Part shown: one piece after another, positions 19,541 through 30,638 of the stretch
Layout: each line of letters starts with the position of its first letter
Numbering within the stretch: position 1 is the first letter of the stretch
Source of the DNA: Barthelona sp. PCE
Taxonomy: Eukaryota
DNA: 64,000 nt
Reading direction: 5' to 3'
Assembly: GCA_040285745.1 (NCBI GenBank)
Contig: JAUFOR010000003.1
Coordinates: 186,001-250,000 of the forward strand
Made by a program: the position numbers and the translations under genes
The notes under the pieces: generated by a model
The model's input: only the letters and a program-made list of their open reading frames with translations
Told to the model about the DNA's origin: nothing
Databases searched by the model: none

Positions 19541-21115
19541 ATGAGCTTTCCTGAGCTTATTGATGCCGCAATTGATTCAATATTGAATCTTGTACCGGGT
19601 CTTACAGCGTTACTCATTGACAATCATACGAGTGATTTGCTAACAAGTTACATGCCGTTGTCTGAGCTGTTGAGCAAGAGTGTGTGTCTTACGCACAACA
19701 TCTCCAACGAGATTGAGAGCTCAAAAATGACAAATACGCCTTGTGTCGTGCTAATCAAACCTTGCATTGATTCAGTACGTCAGTTGGCTTCGCATCTGAA
19801 GAATCCTATATTCAGAAGCTACACAATTGTGTTTTGCAACAAAGTAGCCCGCAATTTACTGGAAATGCTGGCCACATTGGACGTCAAGAAGTCAATCATT
19901 GGTGTGCACGAGTTTTTCTTGGATTTCATGCTTTATAATAGCAACACGTTTCACTTGGGCGTCAAGGGCACATTCTTCACTAAGAAAACACTTAATCAAT
20001 TAGTTGAAAAACTCCACACAGTTTTCTCAACATTGTTGCTGAAACCAACAATTTTCTTCCAGAAACACACCGTCTGCGCCCCTGTATTCGGCAGGTCTCT
20101 TATTAACTCATTTTCGGATACTCTCACACGCGACTTAGTACACGGACCGCGTCTTGTGATTGTTGATCGAGTTTTCGACATGGTGTGTCCCTTACTCATC
20201 CCATGGAGCTACGAGGGGCTCATTCACCACCTATGGGGCATCAACAAGCACCGTACAACAGTTGGTGGTCTTACACATATACTTCGTGATGATTTTTTCT
20301 TGGAAAACGCAACAGTGAACTTTGGAGAACTGAACCGTGTCATGTGCTCCCGCATCAGCACCATGAAGTCCCGAGAGAACGAGATTAAGCAGCTAAATTC
20401 GGAAGTGGCGACCACAGGTGAAACCGATGCTCTCAAGCAAATATTTTTGGATGTTGACGATCTTAACGAGCAGTCAAACCGCATAGCGCACCACGCCGTA
20501 ATTGTTTCCGAACTGAATAAGGAGGTTGAGTCAAAAAAATATCTCGAATTCAGCAACGTCCAGCAGTCACTGCTTCTTGAGCTTATGGCCTCCAAGGAAC
20601 TCCACGAGACCGTCTGCAGATTGCTGGAGAATCCGTTTGTGTCACCGTACGAGAAGCTGTCGCTCATCGGTCTATACGTGGCGTCGGACAGCGCAGATAA
20701 CGCGTATATCCTTGAGTTTAGGGACTTGTTTATATCCATTCACCCGCTGCTTGAGAACGTCTGCAACGTGCTGATCGACAAGATGAGGCAGAGCAAGGAG
20801 GCGAGGGGGTTCCTGTCGCGTATCAGCAGAAGATTTGAGTCCTTTGATAACATTCTTACTGCATACACTCCAAAGATAGTTGGGGTTGTCGAGGAGATCA
20901 TCCAGAACAAGACACCTTCTGCGTTTTCACTCACTGGAACACAGCACAAGTGGAACAACTCAGTTGTTGTTTTCTTTATTGGCGGTGTCACAATGCTCGA
21001 AATCGAGGCTCTCTCTGCGTTGAAGGAGAAGTACCCCGACGTCGATGTGATGGTGGGGAGCAACGAGATCCTTAACATGGAGGGATTCTTGAACAATATT
21101 ATGGATTCTCTGTAA
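19541..21115 (+). CDS. VPS45: Sec1/Munc18 family protein, Vps45-like
   Basis: ALLID, HLKNP.F.SY.I.F.N, VHEFFLDF, LVIVDRVFDMVCPLLIPWSYEGLIHHL, VVFFIGGVT..E. Confidence 0.8.
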   Translation: MSFPELIDAAIDSILNLVPGLTALLIDNHTSDLLTSYMPLSELLSKSVCLTHNISNEIESSKMTNTPCVVLIKPCIDSVRQLASHLKNPIFRSYTIVFCNKVARNLLEMLATLDVKKSIIGVHEFFLDFMLYNSNTFHLGVKGTFFTKKTLNQLVEKLHTVFSTLLLKPTIFFQKHTVCAPVFGRSLINSFSDTLTRDLVHGPRLVIVDRVFDMVCPLLIPWSYEGLIHHLWGINKHRTTVGGLTHILRDDFFLENATVNFGELNRVMCSRISTMKSRENEIKQLNSEVATTGETDALKQIFLDVDDLNEQSNRIAHHAVIVSELNKEVESKKYLEFSNVQQSLLLELMASKELHETVCRLLENPFVSPYEKLSLIGLYVASDSADNAYILEFRDLFISIHPLLENVCNVLIDKMRQSKEARGFLSRISRRFESFDNILTAYTPKIVGVVEEIIQNKTPSAFSLTGTQHKWNNSVVVFFIGGVTMLEIEALSALKEKYPDVDVMVGSNEILNMEGFLNNIMDSL

Positions 21116-21121
21116 GTAGTT

Positions 21122-23512
21122 TTATTGCCCTGTAAGCAGCATTGGATATAGAGTAAACAAGTAATCAGATCGCAAATCCGCGATGTTTGACGCCATCATG
21201 AAGCATTTATCTGTGAGCTGAGTATCTTTGTGTTTTTCCAGCAGTGCCAGCAATTCTGAGCTTACAGAAAAACCCTTATCCAGTTCGTTTAGAGTCTCAT
21301 TCGCTCTATGGTACAGCTTCACAACAACTTGCCCGGTGACATGCAGTAGCCTGCCATACACATATGTTCTTATCAACCGCTCCAGCTCCAACGTTGGGGC
21401 ATTCAAGCTGTCGCACTCAATATGAGTGATTAGCACCTGATCCGCTGAGAGGCTGAAAGCCATCATTTCCTCGCACTTCAGCGTAAAGAATAGGCGCAGC
21501 AGTGCAAGCTTAACACAGAACGTATCGTCATCATACGAATGTGGTATTCTCACAATAGCGAAATCTCGAAGGCGGTTGCTTGGTGCGAACCCCTTGTTGA
21601 CGTTATTTAGCCTCATAATGAGAAGATTCGAGTACCTCTTTGTCTCACTCACGGTCAGGGCAAGCCTCTCACCAAGACCAGAGAAAATGCGGCCAACAAG
21701 ATACCCGATGAAACTGACAAAGAGTAGCGGAACGGGGCCTGCTCTGAACTCGGGCGCCATCAAGGGCATGGCCCAGCCAGTGACAAGCGCTATGTCCTGC
21801 ATTTCTAAGCATGTGGTGAAGGCGAACCATAGTATCGCAAGACGGACTTCTACTCGGACTTCACACTGGGACAGAACAACAAGGATGGTGGAGAAGCACA
21901 GCGGGACAACAGACACAAAGAAACCCTTGAAAAATCGGCTCTTCAACAAAGGAAGTGAGTGGTAATTGCAAACGCTCGGAAATATTGTCAATGCAAAGAA
22001 AAAAAAGAAGAGAACCCGTTGAAACACAGAGAAATGGACCATGCAGAAGGGAAGACAGAACAAAAACCGAAATGTAATGACCATAATTTGCACAAATATT
22101 ATATGCCTCTTTTTCTTAATGATTCTAGCAAGATAAAACCCAGCAACGTCCATATCAAAGTCAGAAGAATCTTCTCCACGACGCATGGGATTGTGCGAGT
22201 CTTGGCTACTCTTTCGCTTGAGGAGGTCAAAGACAACATGGTCAAGATAGTCCCTTATTGGCAACGATAGCTTGCGCTGGAGTACCTTGAACGTGCTTTT
22301 GTTGAACTCCCTGAACTGTAAACAAGATACATGCTTAGAAATGTTGGTTACAGAGAATAATTCTTCATGATCACAGAAGTTGGAGAAGTAAGCAGATTCG
22401 AAATAAACTCCATTATCCAATTCACTGTACTCATTTCTGCGTACCGGTACCATCTGTATCACACCGTCGTTGTAAGTGATGATATCGGAGCAGTACAGCA
22501 TGATGCTACACTTCACATCGTTGTTTGGCATGGAAGCAAACACTGCGGAGAAATATTGCATCAATGCGACAAAAACATCCACCTCTCGGGCCATATCTGC
22601 TTGAACTGTGCAAGATAGATTGCTAAACGAGAGCTTTTGCTCAGAGCAGGTTATAATTCTTTCTGAACAGATACTTGGCATCGCGAAGAACCCCCGCTGA
22701 ACACGTAGAATGAATATATTCATGCTAAAAAAGTCGAAAAAACTCATCAGAAACTTAACGAAGAACTGTGTTGCTCTATCACTTTTAAAACGCAGCAGCG
22801 CGACTGGCGCGTCTCTTATACGGTAGAACATGCCCACAGTGTCCTGTAGCAATATGTCAGACATCATTCTGAGCTCTGTATCAGAACATCGAAGAGATAC
22901 AGTGCTTGACGCAACAACATCCTCAATAACAGTTTTGTTTTGTATTTTTGTTCTTTCTGCAAAAAAGCTAAGGATTTCGTCCTCACAACTACGCTGTTTG
23001 AAGGATTTGAAGCTCTTCATGCATGCACGACATTTTTTCAAAAGTTCGGAAATACGAAACAACATGTAAAGGCGATACGTATGCTCTATAACGAATGCTA
23101 TGGGCAATGCAACAGTGTCCATCCGGTGCAACACAAAATAGAACACTGTACCTAGATAACTGAACAGATTGCACCACGCCATCCCATACGGCATCAGTAG
23201 ATGATGGGATCCGACAATGGACATGCGTATGAGGGGGTAGCAGCAGTTAAATCTCACATATGATGTAATAACGTAACCACGAATAAAGGAAACTAGCCCT
23301 TGAGCAAATATACTCTTGTGAAGGTAGTACATTGAAAAAAATGTCAAAAACACAAGAAAATGTACAGATGCTGCATAGTACTCGCCCTCTTTAGAAACAA
23401 AAATGAGCCCAAGGTAATAAATTACAGTTGCCGGAATGTAAACGTGGTTTGGGAAGATTTCGATGAATTCAATGAAGTGATCAGGAGCATTTTCCCCCAT
23501 ATCCCCAAGCAT
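21122..23512 (-). CDS. Multi-pass membrane protein with TM-bundle/soluble/TM-bundle/soluble topology
   Basis: Two hydrophobic clusters (about aa 30-160 and 480-625), each followed by a soluble region; first ATG at 23512. Confidence 0.55.
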   Translation of the reverse strand: MLGDMGENAPDHFIEFIEIFPNHVYIPATVIYYLGLIFVSKEGEYYAASVHFLVFLTFFSMYYLHKSIFAQGLVSFIRGYVITSYVRFNCCYPLIRMSIVGSHHLLMPYGMAWCNLFSYLGTVFYFVLHRMDTVALPIAFVIEHTYRLYMLFRISELLKKCRACMKSFKSFKQRSCEDEILSFFAERTKIQNKTVIEDVVASSTVSLRCSDTELRMMSDILLQDTVGMFYRIRDAPVALLRFKSDRATQFFVKFLMSFFDFFSMNIFILRVQRGFFAMPSICSERIITCSEQKLSFSNLSCTVQADMAREVDVFVALMQYFSAVFASMPNNDVKCSIMLYCSDIITYNDGVIQMVPVRRNEYSELDNGVYFESAYFSNFCDHEELFSVTNISKHVSCLQFREFNKSTFKVLQRKLSLPIRDYLDHVVFDLLKRKSSQDSHNPMRRGEDSSDFDMDVAGFYLARIIKKKRHIIFVQIMVITFRFLFCLPFCMVHFSVFQRVLFFFFFALTIFPSVCNYHSLPLLKSRFFKGFFVSVVPLCFSTILVVLSQCEVRVEVRLAILWFAFTTCLEMQDIALVTGWAMPLMAPEFRAGPVPLLFVSFIGYLVGRIFSGLGERLALTVSETKRYSNLLIMRLNNVNKGFAPSNRLRDFAIVRIPHSYDDDTFCVKLALLRLFFTLKCEEMMAFSLSADQVLITHIECDSLNAPTLELERLIRTYVYGRLLHVTGQVVVKLYHRANETLNELDKGFSVSSELLALLEKHKDTQLTDKCFMMASNIADLRSDYLFTLYPMLLTGQ

Positions 23513-23765
23513 TGTTATTGCGAAAAGGGTATTGTAAGTGAGAACGTTTCTCAACAGTTATATTATTTTATATTCCTTCACATATCGAGTTTATCCATAT
23601 ATGTTTTGAAAATTCAGTTGTTTATCCACAAAATTTCTGGATTGTAATTAAAATTGCATTTTTCATCGTTGTTTATTTTTATACTCCTTTCTCACCAAGT
23701 TTTTTGAAACTTTTTTGACTGTTGCTTACTCGACGTTTATACTTTGCATACTTATCTGGTAAAAA

Positions 23766-24479
23766 ATGAATATTGCAGAATTTTTTGGTTATACGAGCAT
23801 ATTTTGTTGGTTTTTGTCGCAAGCACCACAGTGGTGGATCAATTACAAGAATAAGAGCAGCGAGGCACTCTCTGAGGCTTTTCTGTGGGTTTGGTATAGC
23901 TCAAACATAATAAGTTTTTTTGGCTTATTGATAACGGGGATCAAGGCGAAGACGATGATTTTTATTAATATTTACTTCGCAATAGCGGATGCAATCACGA
24001 TTACTCAATTTTATCATTATGGTGGGCATTTGGAATCACGCAAAAGAAGATCAGAAAAAGATAAAGAGCTCAAGCTTCCTTCAATAATGCCAATTTTCAT
24101 AGGATTGTGTTTTCTAGGCAGAGCATGGGCGTTCGACCTCGCAGAGGATGGAATCGAATACCTGGGTGAGGGTATGGGGTATGCAGCTTCCATTGGCTAT
24201 TGGGTTGCACGATTTTTTCAAATACAGAAAAACTACCGCAGAAAAAGCACCCACGGCCTATCCATGAAGTTCTACGCCCTTGCAGTCGCAGCAAACACAT
24301 GTTACGCCTGTCAGATGCTGCTGGCGCCTGGGAGTAACATCAGCTGGCTGATACATCATCTTGGCTGGTTTTTCGGGTGCGTTGTCACTGTTTTGATGGA
24401 TCTCTTCGTGTTTGTCCAGTACTTCATGTACAGGAAAAGAAGGAGCGATGGTGTGTACGTGATCGTCAAGGGCGACTAG
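23766..24479 (+). CDS. PQ-loop repeat transporter (PQLC2/Ypq-like)
   Basis: SQAPQWWINYKNKSSEALS and ARFFQIQKNYRRKSTHGLS repeats; about 7 TM helices. Confidence 0.85.
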   Translation: MNIAEFFGYTSIFCWFLSQAPQWWINYKNKSSEALSEAFLWVWYSSNIISFFGLLITGIKAKTMIFINIYFAIADAITITQFYHYGGHLESRKRRSEKDKELKLPSIMPIFIGLCFLGRAWAFDLAEDGIEYLGEGMGYAASIGYWVARFFQIQKNYRRKSTHGLSMKFYALAVAANTCYACQMLLAPGSNISWLIHHLGWFFGCVVTVLMDLFVFVQYFMYRKRRSDGVYVIVKGD

Positions 24480-27400
24480 CTAGAGATTGGTACTCCCGTT
24501 GACTGTGGTCATTTTTTGAACAATTGCAGGTCGATCGTGTATTATGCGCAGCACAAATACGCGATTGGAACTGACAGACTGGAATAAGAATAATGAAAGT
24601 TCAGCTGAGTCAAGTAATTTCCACCTGGAAAGCTTTTTGATTCTGTCAACAAGATTCTCAGCCACAATGTTGCGTATGCTAATTTTTGAAACAACAAACA
24701 GAGTGGCTGTCTTCACATATAAGTGCGTATCCAAAATCGATAAAAGGGAATTTATCCCAAAAATATCGTAATTGGCATGTTTTTCAACATCTTTGAAATA
24801 TAAATCATACGGAACATAAGGACTCTTATAGCCAAATGCCTCATAAGTGAGTGATAACCATTTGCACTTCATTGAGTTGCAAAAAAGTTGAACTTCTGGT
24901 ATGATATAAAGCTTGTTGATTTCAGTGATTGGCCTCAACTCAGTGCTCCCTCTGTATTCATACTGCAGGAGTGTCTTTGTCTCATTCCGAAGGGATACAA
25001 TTTTTATGTCCCTATCAAATTTCTTCTTAAGAACAAACTTCCATATACAAAGAGACGTAGCTGAAAACAGAATTAAACACCCAAAGCTTATTAAAGGCAG
25101 CCATTCAAAGTAATAGTGTGTTTGTACAGAACCCAAAATTAGTGCTATTACCAGGTAAGGTTTCTTTAAAGAGTGATTTAAAAAGCAAGACACAATTTCA
25201 CTAGCTATTGACATAAAAAGGCCAACCTCCAGAAGAGGCATATTAAAGATAGAAGTAGAAATACTGGGAATACCAAGGAAATACAGAAAAATGAAATCGT
25301 ATCTTGGAAAATGCCATGAAATAATCCATGCAGCAATTAAAACTATTGAAAATACCTTAACAAAGTCATTAACAAATGCATAAATCAACCATCCAACATA
25401 AACAGCCAAAGAAATCCAAAAAATGAGCGAAAATCTGTGTAAATTCTTTTTTCTTTTAAGGTATATTAAAAGCATTGCTGTAATAGCGATGGAAATGCGT
25501 ACCCATCTCCAATTTCCGGTGTTTTCAACAAATGATGTATCATGATCAAGACACCAGTGTAAAAAAGAAAAGGATAACAATAAAAACAAAACTAGAGCTG
25601 CCCATTGCGTGTAATCAAAACACTTCTTCCACCAAACTGTTGCCTTAGGCGCCTCGAACGAGTGCAATGTGGTTGTAGTTTCACCATTGCTGGCCTCCAA
25701 CGATACTGCACCCAAAGCACTGTTGTTTAGGAAGATGCAAAAGCAGCTTTCATCTTGTTCACTGTGATGATCTCTGATACGCTGTATTGCGCCTTCTGTG
25801 TCTCGGCAATCAGAGTAAACTACAACATCAGAGTTGATGTTTGGATTGTAAAAAGTTTTTAGGGGCGAGATTTTAAGTTCTTGCATTTTTTTCAAGACCT
25901 TTGAACGCTCAGGATGTGACATTGAGTGAAGAAGTTCTTTAAACTTGCTCATTTCAAATATATATCTAAACTCTTCAATATTAAAATGAGTGAAGAGCTT
26001 AAAAAAATTTTTCTTCATATCATCACATTGTTCTAATACACGATTTAATGATATTCTCCTATTTCCATTACTTGATCTAATAATACTGACAAATATTCTA
26101 ATATCGTTTGATAAATCTAGTGCAATGTCGCAAAATTTCCTAAATTCCATTCCAAACGCATTCAATTGTTTTTTATGAAAGTAGGTGTGATAATGATGAT
26201 ATATTTCTCGGTCAAGACACACGCTTCTAAAACAATTTTCTTTAACAAACTTCAAAGCAGCCTCCTTCTGGGCCTCTCCTTCATCCACTGCGTATCTCAA
26301 AACATCTAGTGTATAATAAGAACTGTTGATAGTATGTTTGCATTCATGGATCATATATTCAAAAAACAATGGTATCAACTTATTCTCACAAATAGCGTCT
26401 AAAACATAGCTACTCGCCTTCACAATGCTCCACACCATGTCAACAGGTGGAAGATCAACACTATTAGAATACTTTTCAAGTATGCAAAAGACTACTGTTC
26501 TATCACAATTTTCAAAATTAAACAGTTCAGGCTGGATATGCGGTATAAAGTTAAGTGTGTTAAAGTCCCCCCAGCCATCACTGTTTTCATATTTAGTAAC
26601 GAAAAGATCTCTGAAAAAACTATTTCTGTGTGTTTGGTAATGTATATTAAAAAAGTCTTTCAACATTACTATTTCATTTTCTTGAAGGAGATACACAGAA
26701 AACAATCTGAAAAGCCTGGGATCAATGAGTCGGAAATTAAATTGTTTCTTATAATTGCATTCAACAATACTCTTGCAAAAGTTAACAACATCCTTTGCTT
26801 CCAAATCACCCCGATCAAACATAGCATTAAAGAGATAAATATTTACCACTCTTTCGATGCTGCTACAAATTGGGTTATAGTCAGTAATTTCTTCCTCAAT
26901 CGAAATACAGGCGTTAAAAGAATGATAATTCAAATTTACCCATAAATCGGTGATGAAATCACTGTTGAGACAAAGCTTCATTGTACGATAAATATATTTA
27001 TGTTTAACAATCTGTTCTACCATATGTCGATCAGCGCATCTCAGAAAACCTGGAAGGTCAGCTTGCAGAAGTTCATTTTCATTTAACGTGTTATCAAAGA
27101 ATAAACTAATGATGGAAAAACCTTTGCTAAAAAAACACAGATCTTTAAAGATTTTTGACTTCACCTCTTCATTTTCATTTCTAACATGCAGCAATAACGT
27201 TTTGCAACTGTCTATGTTAATATCACGATAAGAGTTGGGAGATAAGTAATCAAAACATCGATCATAAATGTGTAACTGTTCTTGAGCGCAACACCAACCA
27301 ACAAACCCTGATAATCCATGAAAAAGGTGCTTCAAAGCATCTTCAGCACATGAATCAAGGAAGATATCCAAATGCTCTTGTACAAATTCATGAGCGTCTG

Positions 27401-27782
27401 TTCTTGTACAACAACTGTGAATCATAAAAGCGATTACATTCATAATATTACCATCTGGTCGAAGTGAATTCAGTAACTTCACTGCACTAATCTGATCGAA
27501 TCTATTCATTTTAACGCCTTTTTCACATATATCAAAAAAATAATTCTTTAAATGAAAAGCACTGTTTTGAAGAGTTCTAATTCCACAATATATAGCAAAA
27601 AAACATTTTGAGTAAGTTCTATGGTAGTTAATTTCATATGGTGACCCTTCATTTGAAAAAGTGATTGCTAGTATTGATCCATTCGCTTCGCAAGAAGTAA
27701 CAGTGCCCAATCTGTCCCTGATTGCCTCATAATGAGGCTCATAACGATTCTGATATTGTCTTATAAATTCAATTTGATCCAT
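24480..27782 (-). CDS. Large lineage-specific protein: helical N-terminal region plus C-terminal multi-TM block
   Basis: 1100-aa AT-rich ORF with several TM segments at about aa 725-920; no family recognised. Confidence 0.6.
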   Translation of the reverse strand: MDQIEFIRQYQNRYEPHYEAIRDRLGTVTSCEANGSILAITFSNEGSPYEINYHRTYSKCFFAIYCGIRTLQNSAFHLKNYFFDICEKGVKMNRFDQISAVKLLNSLRPDGNIMNVIAFMIHSCCTRTDAHEFVQEHLDIFLDSCAEDALKHLFHGLSGFVGWCCAQEQLHIYDRCFDYLSPNSYRDINIDSCKTLLLHVRNENEEVKSKIFKDLCFFSKGFSIISLFFDNTLNENELLQADLPGFLRCADRHMVEQIVKHKYIYRTMKLCLNSDFITDLWVNLNYHSFNACISIEEEITDYNPICSSIERVVNIYLFNAMFDRGDLEAKDVVNFCKSIVECNYKKQFNFRLIDPRLFRLFSVYLLQENEIVMLKDFFNIHYQTHRNSFFRDLFVTKYENSDGWGDFNTLNFIPHIQPELFNFENCDRTVVFCILEKYSNSVDLPPVDMVWSIVKASSYVLDAICENKLIPLFFEYMIHECKHTINSSYYTLDVLRYAVDEGEAQKEAALKFVKENCFRSVCLDREIYHHYHTYFHKKQLNAFGMEFRKFCDIALDLSNDIRIFVSIIRSSNGNRRISLNRVLEQCDDMKKNFFKLFTHFNIEEFRYIFEMSKFKELLHSMSHPERSKVLKKMQELKISPLKTFYNPNINSDVVVYSDCRDTEGAIQRIRDHHSEQDESCFCIFLNNSALGAVSLEASNGETTTTLHSFEAPKATVWWKKCFDYTQWAALVLFLLLSFSFLHWCLDHDTSFVENTGNWRWVRISIAITAMLLIYLKRKKNLHRFSLIFWISLAVYVGWLIYAFVNDFVKVFSIVLIAAWIISWHFPRYDFIFLYFLGIPSISTSIFNMPLLEVGLFMSIASEIVSCFLNHSLKKPYLVIALILGSVQTHYYFEWLPLISFGCLILFSATSLCIWKFVLKKKFDRDIKIVSLRNETKTLLQYEYRGSTELRPITEINKLYIIPEVQLFCNSMKCKWLSLTYEAFGYKSPYVPYDLYFKDVEKHANYDIFGINSLLSILDTHLYVKTATLFVVSKISIRNIVAENLVDRIKKLSRWKLLDSAELSLFLFQSVSSNRVFVLRIIHDRPAIVQKMTTVNGSTNL

Positions 27783-28196
27783 AGAAACGAGTTAGAAAAT
27801 GGAAAACAAACCATTTCTCATTTATCTTAAATTTCTCACATGGTATATGTTTGATGTGATGTATGAGTCCACCGTGGCGGGCTTACCATTAAATTTTGCG
27901 AGTATATTGTAAGTTAAATCTGCAAATTCATTAGATGAGTTTGTTTCCCATAAAAAACTAATGAGGCTACGTTCTGAACATTTTCAGCCTTACACACCCT
28001 GTTTATTGAGAAATCTTTGGGTTTCGATTTTTCACACTAGATTCTTTACTGAGTTTAGCCATTATTATTGCAGTTTCAGAGCTAAACACATAATGGTGAT
28101 GATGTTATGGGCATTTCTCTGAACAACAGCCAGGAATATTAATTGTATTTAGATTTCTTACGCCTACCACTACTCTACGGCCAGATAAAAGTTTCA

Positions 28197-29234
28197 ATGG
28201 TTACAGAGCTGGGATTGAACGATGCACTTGTCTCCAAGCTTAACAAGGCAGGCTTCTCAACAGTTTCACAAATAGTCAAGCACAGGGGTCGCAACGTGGC
28301 TCAACTGGCGGGCCTTACGATTGATGAGTATCGTATGCTGGGTGAGAGCCTTGAAAGTCTCAAGGAATACGAGCTCCCGTTTTTAACCCCCGATTCGTTA
28401 CCAAAACCACATTATTGCACCGTTAACTGTCGCCCCATGGACCAGGCGATGGGCGGCGGTTTCGTATCCGGTCTCATCACGGAGATAGCAGGAGTGCCGG
28501 GCTCCGGAAAAACCACGTTGGTTCTGCAGACAGCCATTGCAAGCGTCGTTGATCAAGGCAAGAGGGCTATTCTCATCGACACAGAGGGCGGACTGAGCGC
28601 GTTGATGGGTACCGCCAAGTTTATCACAATGGTGCAACGTGTTTTGCGGTACTACTCAGCACTACGAGGTGAAAAGATTATGCCAGATTCTGTAATCAAC
28701 AAGTTGACGCTTATCAGGGCGTTTAACATCGCAGAACTGGTTGGGTGTATCGCCAAACTCAAGTTGGACGAAAGGAAGGGTGAGTTGGGAGAGGTAGGAT
28801 TAGTGGCAGTTGATTCTATCGCATTCCACTTCAAGTATGGGCTGAAGGGAGCAAACAGGACAGACCTGATCAACTCAGTCGGATTACAGCTGTTAGAACT
28901 GGCAACAAAACTTCAATGCTCGGTTATTGCTGTTAATCACTTGCAGGTTGCAAAATCACTGGATGGCGCGTTCAGGCCGTACATGGGGGACGCGTGGGCA
29001 CCCTTTTGTGCCCAGAAGGTGATGGTTGATTTGCCAGCGAAGGATCCCCTCAGTCTCGCAGCTACTGGTTCTTTTCTTGATTTTGCAAGCTTTCAGTTCA
29101 AGGACACCTTTGCTTTCTTGGTGTACGAGAGCCCACTCGTTGAGAGAACATCTGTTCCGTTCGTCATTAACGAGTTCGGTGTTGTTGCTACGGGAACGGT
29201 TGATGCTGATGAAATGAGCCAAATCATCATGTAA
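28197..29234 (+). CDS. RAD51C: RAD51 paralog, RAD51C-like
   Basis: ITEIAGVPGSGKT (Walker A), LIDTEG, LVAVDSIAFHF (Walker B), VIAVNH, MGDAWA; ATG at 28197. Confidence 0.75.
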   Translation: MVTELGLNDALVSKLNKAGFSTVSQIVKHRGRNVAQLAGLTIDEYRMLGESLESLKEYELPFLTPDSLPKPHYCTVNCRPMDQAMGGGFVSGLITEIAGVPGSGKTTLVLQTAIASVVDQGKRAILIDTEGGLSALMGTAKFITMVQRVLRYYSALRGEKIMPDSVINKLTLIRAFNIAELVGCIAKLKLDERKGELGEVGLVAVDSIAFHFKYGLKGANRTDLINSVGLQLLELATKLQCSVIAVNHLQVAKSLDGAFRPYMGDAWAPFCAQKVMVDLPAKDPLSLAATGSFLDFASFQFKDTFAFLVYESPLVERTSVPFVINEFGVVATGTVDADEMSQIIM

Positions 29235-29341
29235 ATAGTATTTGTGTGTCGTGCAGTGGGTATTCGCCCACACTGTGATGATGTGATGGTGAGGCAGAAA
29301 GCAAAACCATTCTGGGCGCAATCCTATTTTACATTTCTTTC

Positions 29342-30505
29342 ATGAACTTAACAAACAGGCTGTTAGCTGCATCGGTGTCGCTTGGGCTCATTGTCATCCT
29401 CATAATATCGAGGTTTATTGCCAAGCATGTCGAAAGCAGAAAGAAAGCTGTTAGCCTTACACCAAAGGATGAGAGCGACTCTCCATTGACACAATCACCT
29501 ATTAACGCTGTGAGAAGCATGTCCGGTCTTAACATTGCTAAAGTTAAGGCTGACAGTCATCCAAACTTTCTGGGCCGGTTAACGGGATACCACGATAAGG
29601 TTGCCACTGTCTCATGCTTCCTTCCCAAGACGTCAGCCAAGATCCGCAGTTTTATATGTTCTCTTACGGAACGGGGCGAACTTCGACTCTGGATTGATGT
29701 GTTAACCACGACCCAGCGTCATTCCCGTGTCATGCTTGACCACCCCGAACCCTCAATGCTGGAGCTTAGCGATAACGGCTTCTTTGCGTTTGTTGCCGGT
29801 TACAGAGATCTCATGTGTGTGGATTTGCGGGCAGTTGCAAAGCAGCAAGACAATCACGTTGTGTGGCACATGCACCACTTCACGCCCTCCTTCATTGTAG
29901 ACATTAGCGCTACTGATGACTACATCGCGGTAGCATGTTCTACCTGCATATTGGTTGTTGAGCGCGAGACAAGCCGTGTTGTCCTTGAAGAGAAGGCCCC
30001 CCACCTTGAGATCGGTGCCATGAAGCTGACAAAGGTCCACGGAAGAACATATTTGTTGATTGGATCGCCGAGCGGAGAGGTTGAGCTGTTCTCAATTTCA
30101 ACCACCCATGGAGCTCATGTATGTACATTTGTTGCTCTTTTGCACACATTCAACACCGGTGTGAAGATGTTCGACCTCAAGAACTCAACATTCGCAGCAA
30201 TTAGCTACGCAGCAGACGTATGTGTTTGGAACATGGATGTGGAATTACACTACAACGAGAGGCCGAAGTGCGTGTTAGACAGGAGCGACCACTCGAACAG
30301 CGAAATTGCAAACATCAGAATCAGCCCTGACGAGCAGAAATTGGCTATGGGTATGAATCGTGAAGTGCAGATATTGCAAATAGATACTTCACATGTCGTC
30401 AATGAGCTCAGCAACATCCCCGCGTACAATGTACAGTGGTTCGGTAACGATATGTTGCTTGCTTATGAGGCTGAGAAGAGGGTTAACATTTTCTCTACAA
30501 ACTAA
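29342..30505 (+). CDS. N-terminally membrane-anchored WD40 protein, TBL2-like
   Basis: N-terminal TM helix, HP....L.G.H.KV start of propeller, degenerate WD repeats, VWNMDV. Confidence 0.55.
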   Translation: MNLTNRLLAASVSLGLIVILIISRFIAKHVESRKKAVSLTPKDESDSPLTQSPINAVRSMSGLNIAKVKADSHPNFLGRLTGYHDKVATVSCFLPKTSAKIRSFICSLTERGELRLWIDVLTTTQRHSRVMLDHPEPSMLELSDNGFFAFVAGYRDLMCVDLRAVAKQQDNHVVWHMHHFTPSFIVDISATDDYIAVACSTCILVVERETSRVVLEEKAPHLEIGAMKLTKVHGRTYLLIGSPSGEVELFSISTTHGAHVCTFVALLHTFNTGVKMFDLKNSTFAAISYAADVCVWNMDVELHYNERPKCVLDRSDHSNSEIANIRISPDEQKLAMGMNREVQILQIDTSHVVNELSNIPAYNVQWFGNDMLLAYEAEKRVNIFSTN

Positions 30506-30638
30506 TTTCAAATTGAAAATAAACACATGTGGTATGCGGTGTATTGTCAGGAAGAGACGTTCAGACTTAATCATTTAAGATAAAATCTATTTGCGTTGTT
30601 TTCTTGTTTTCTCCCTTTCTGTTTACTTTTAACCATAA

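Noticed and set aside
27840-27950. G-U-rich hairpins plus Sm-like AAATTTTG suggesting an snRNA
   Set aside because: No U1/U2/U4/U5 signature sequence found; pairing weak
29286-29308. ATGGTGAG-GC-AGAAA-GC-AAAAC resembles a hammerhead core
   Set aside because: CUGANGA and GAAA core positions are mutated and stem III does not form
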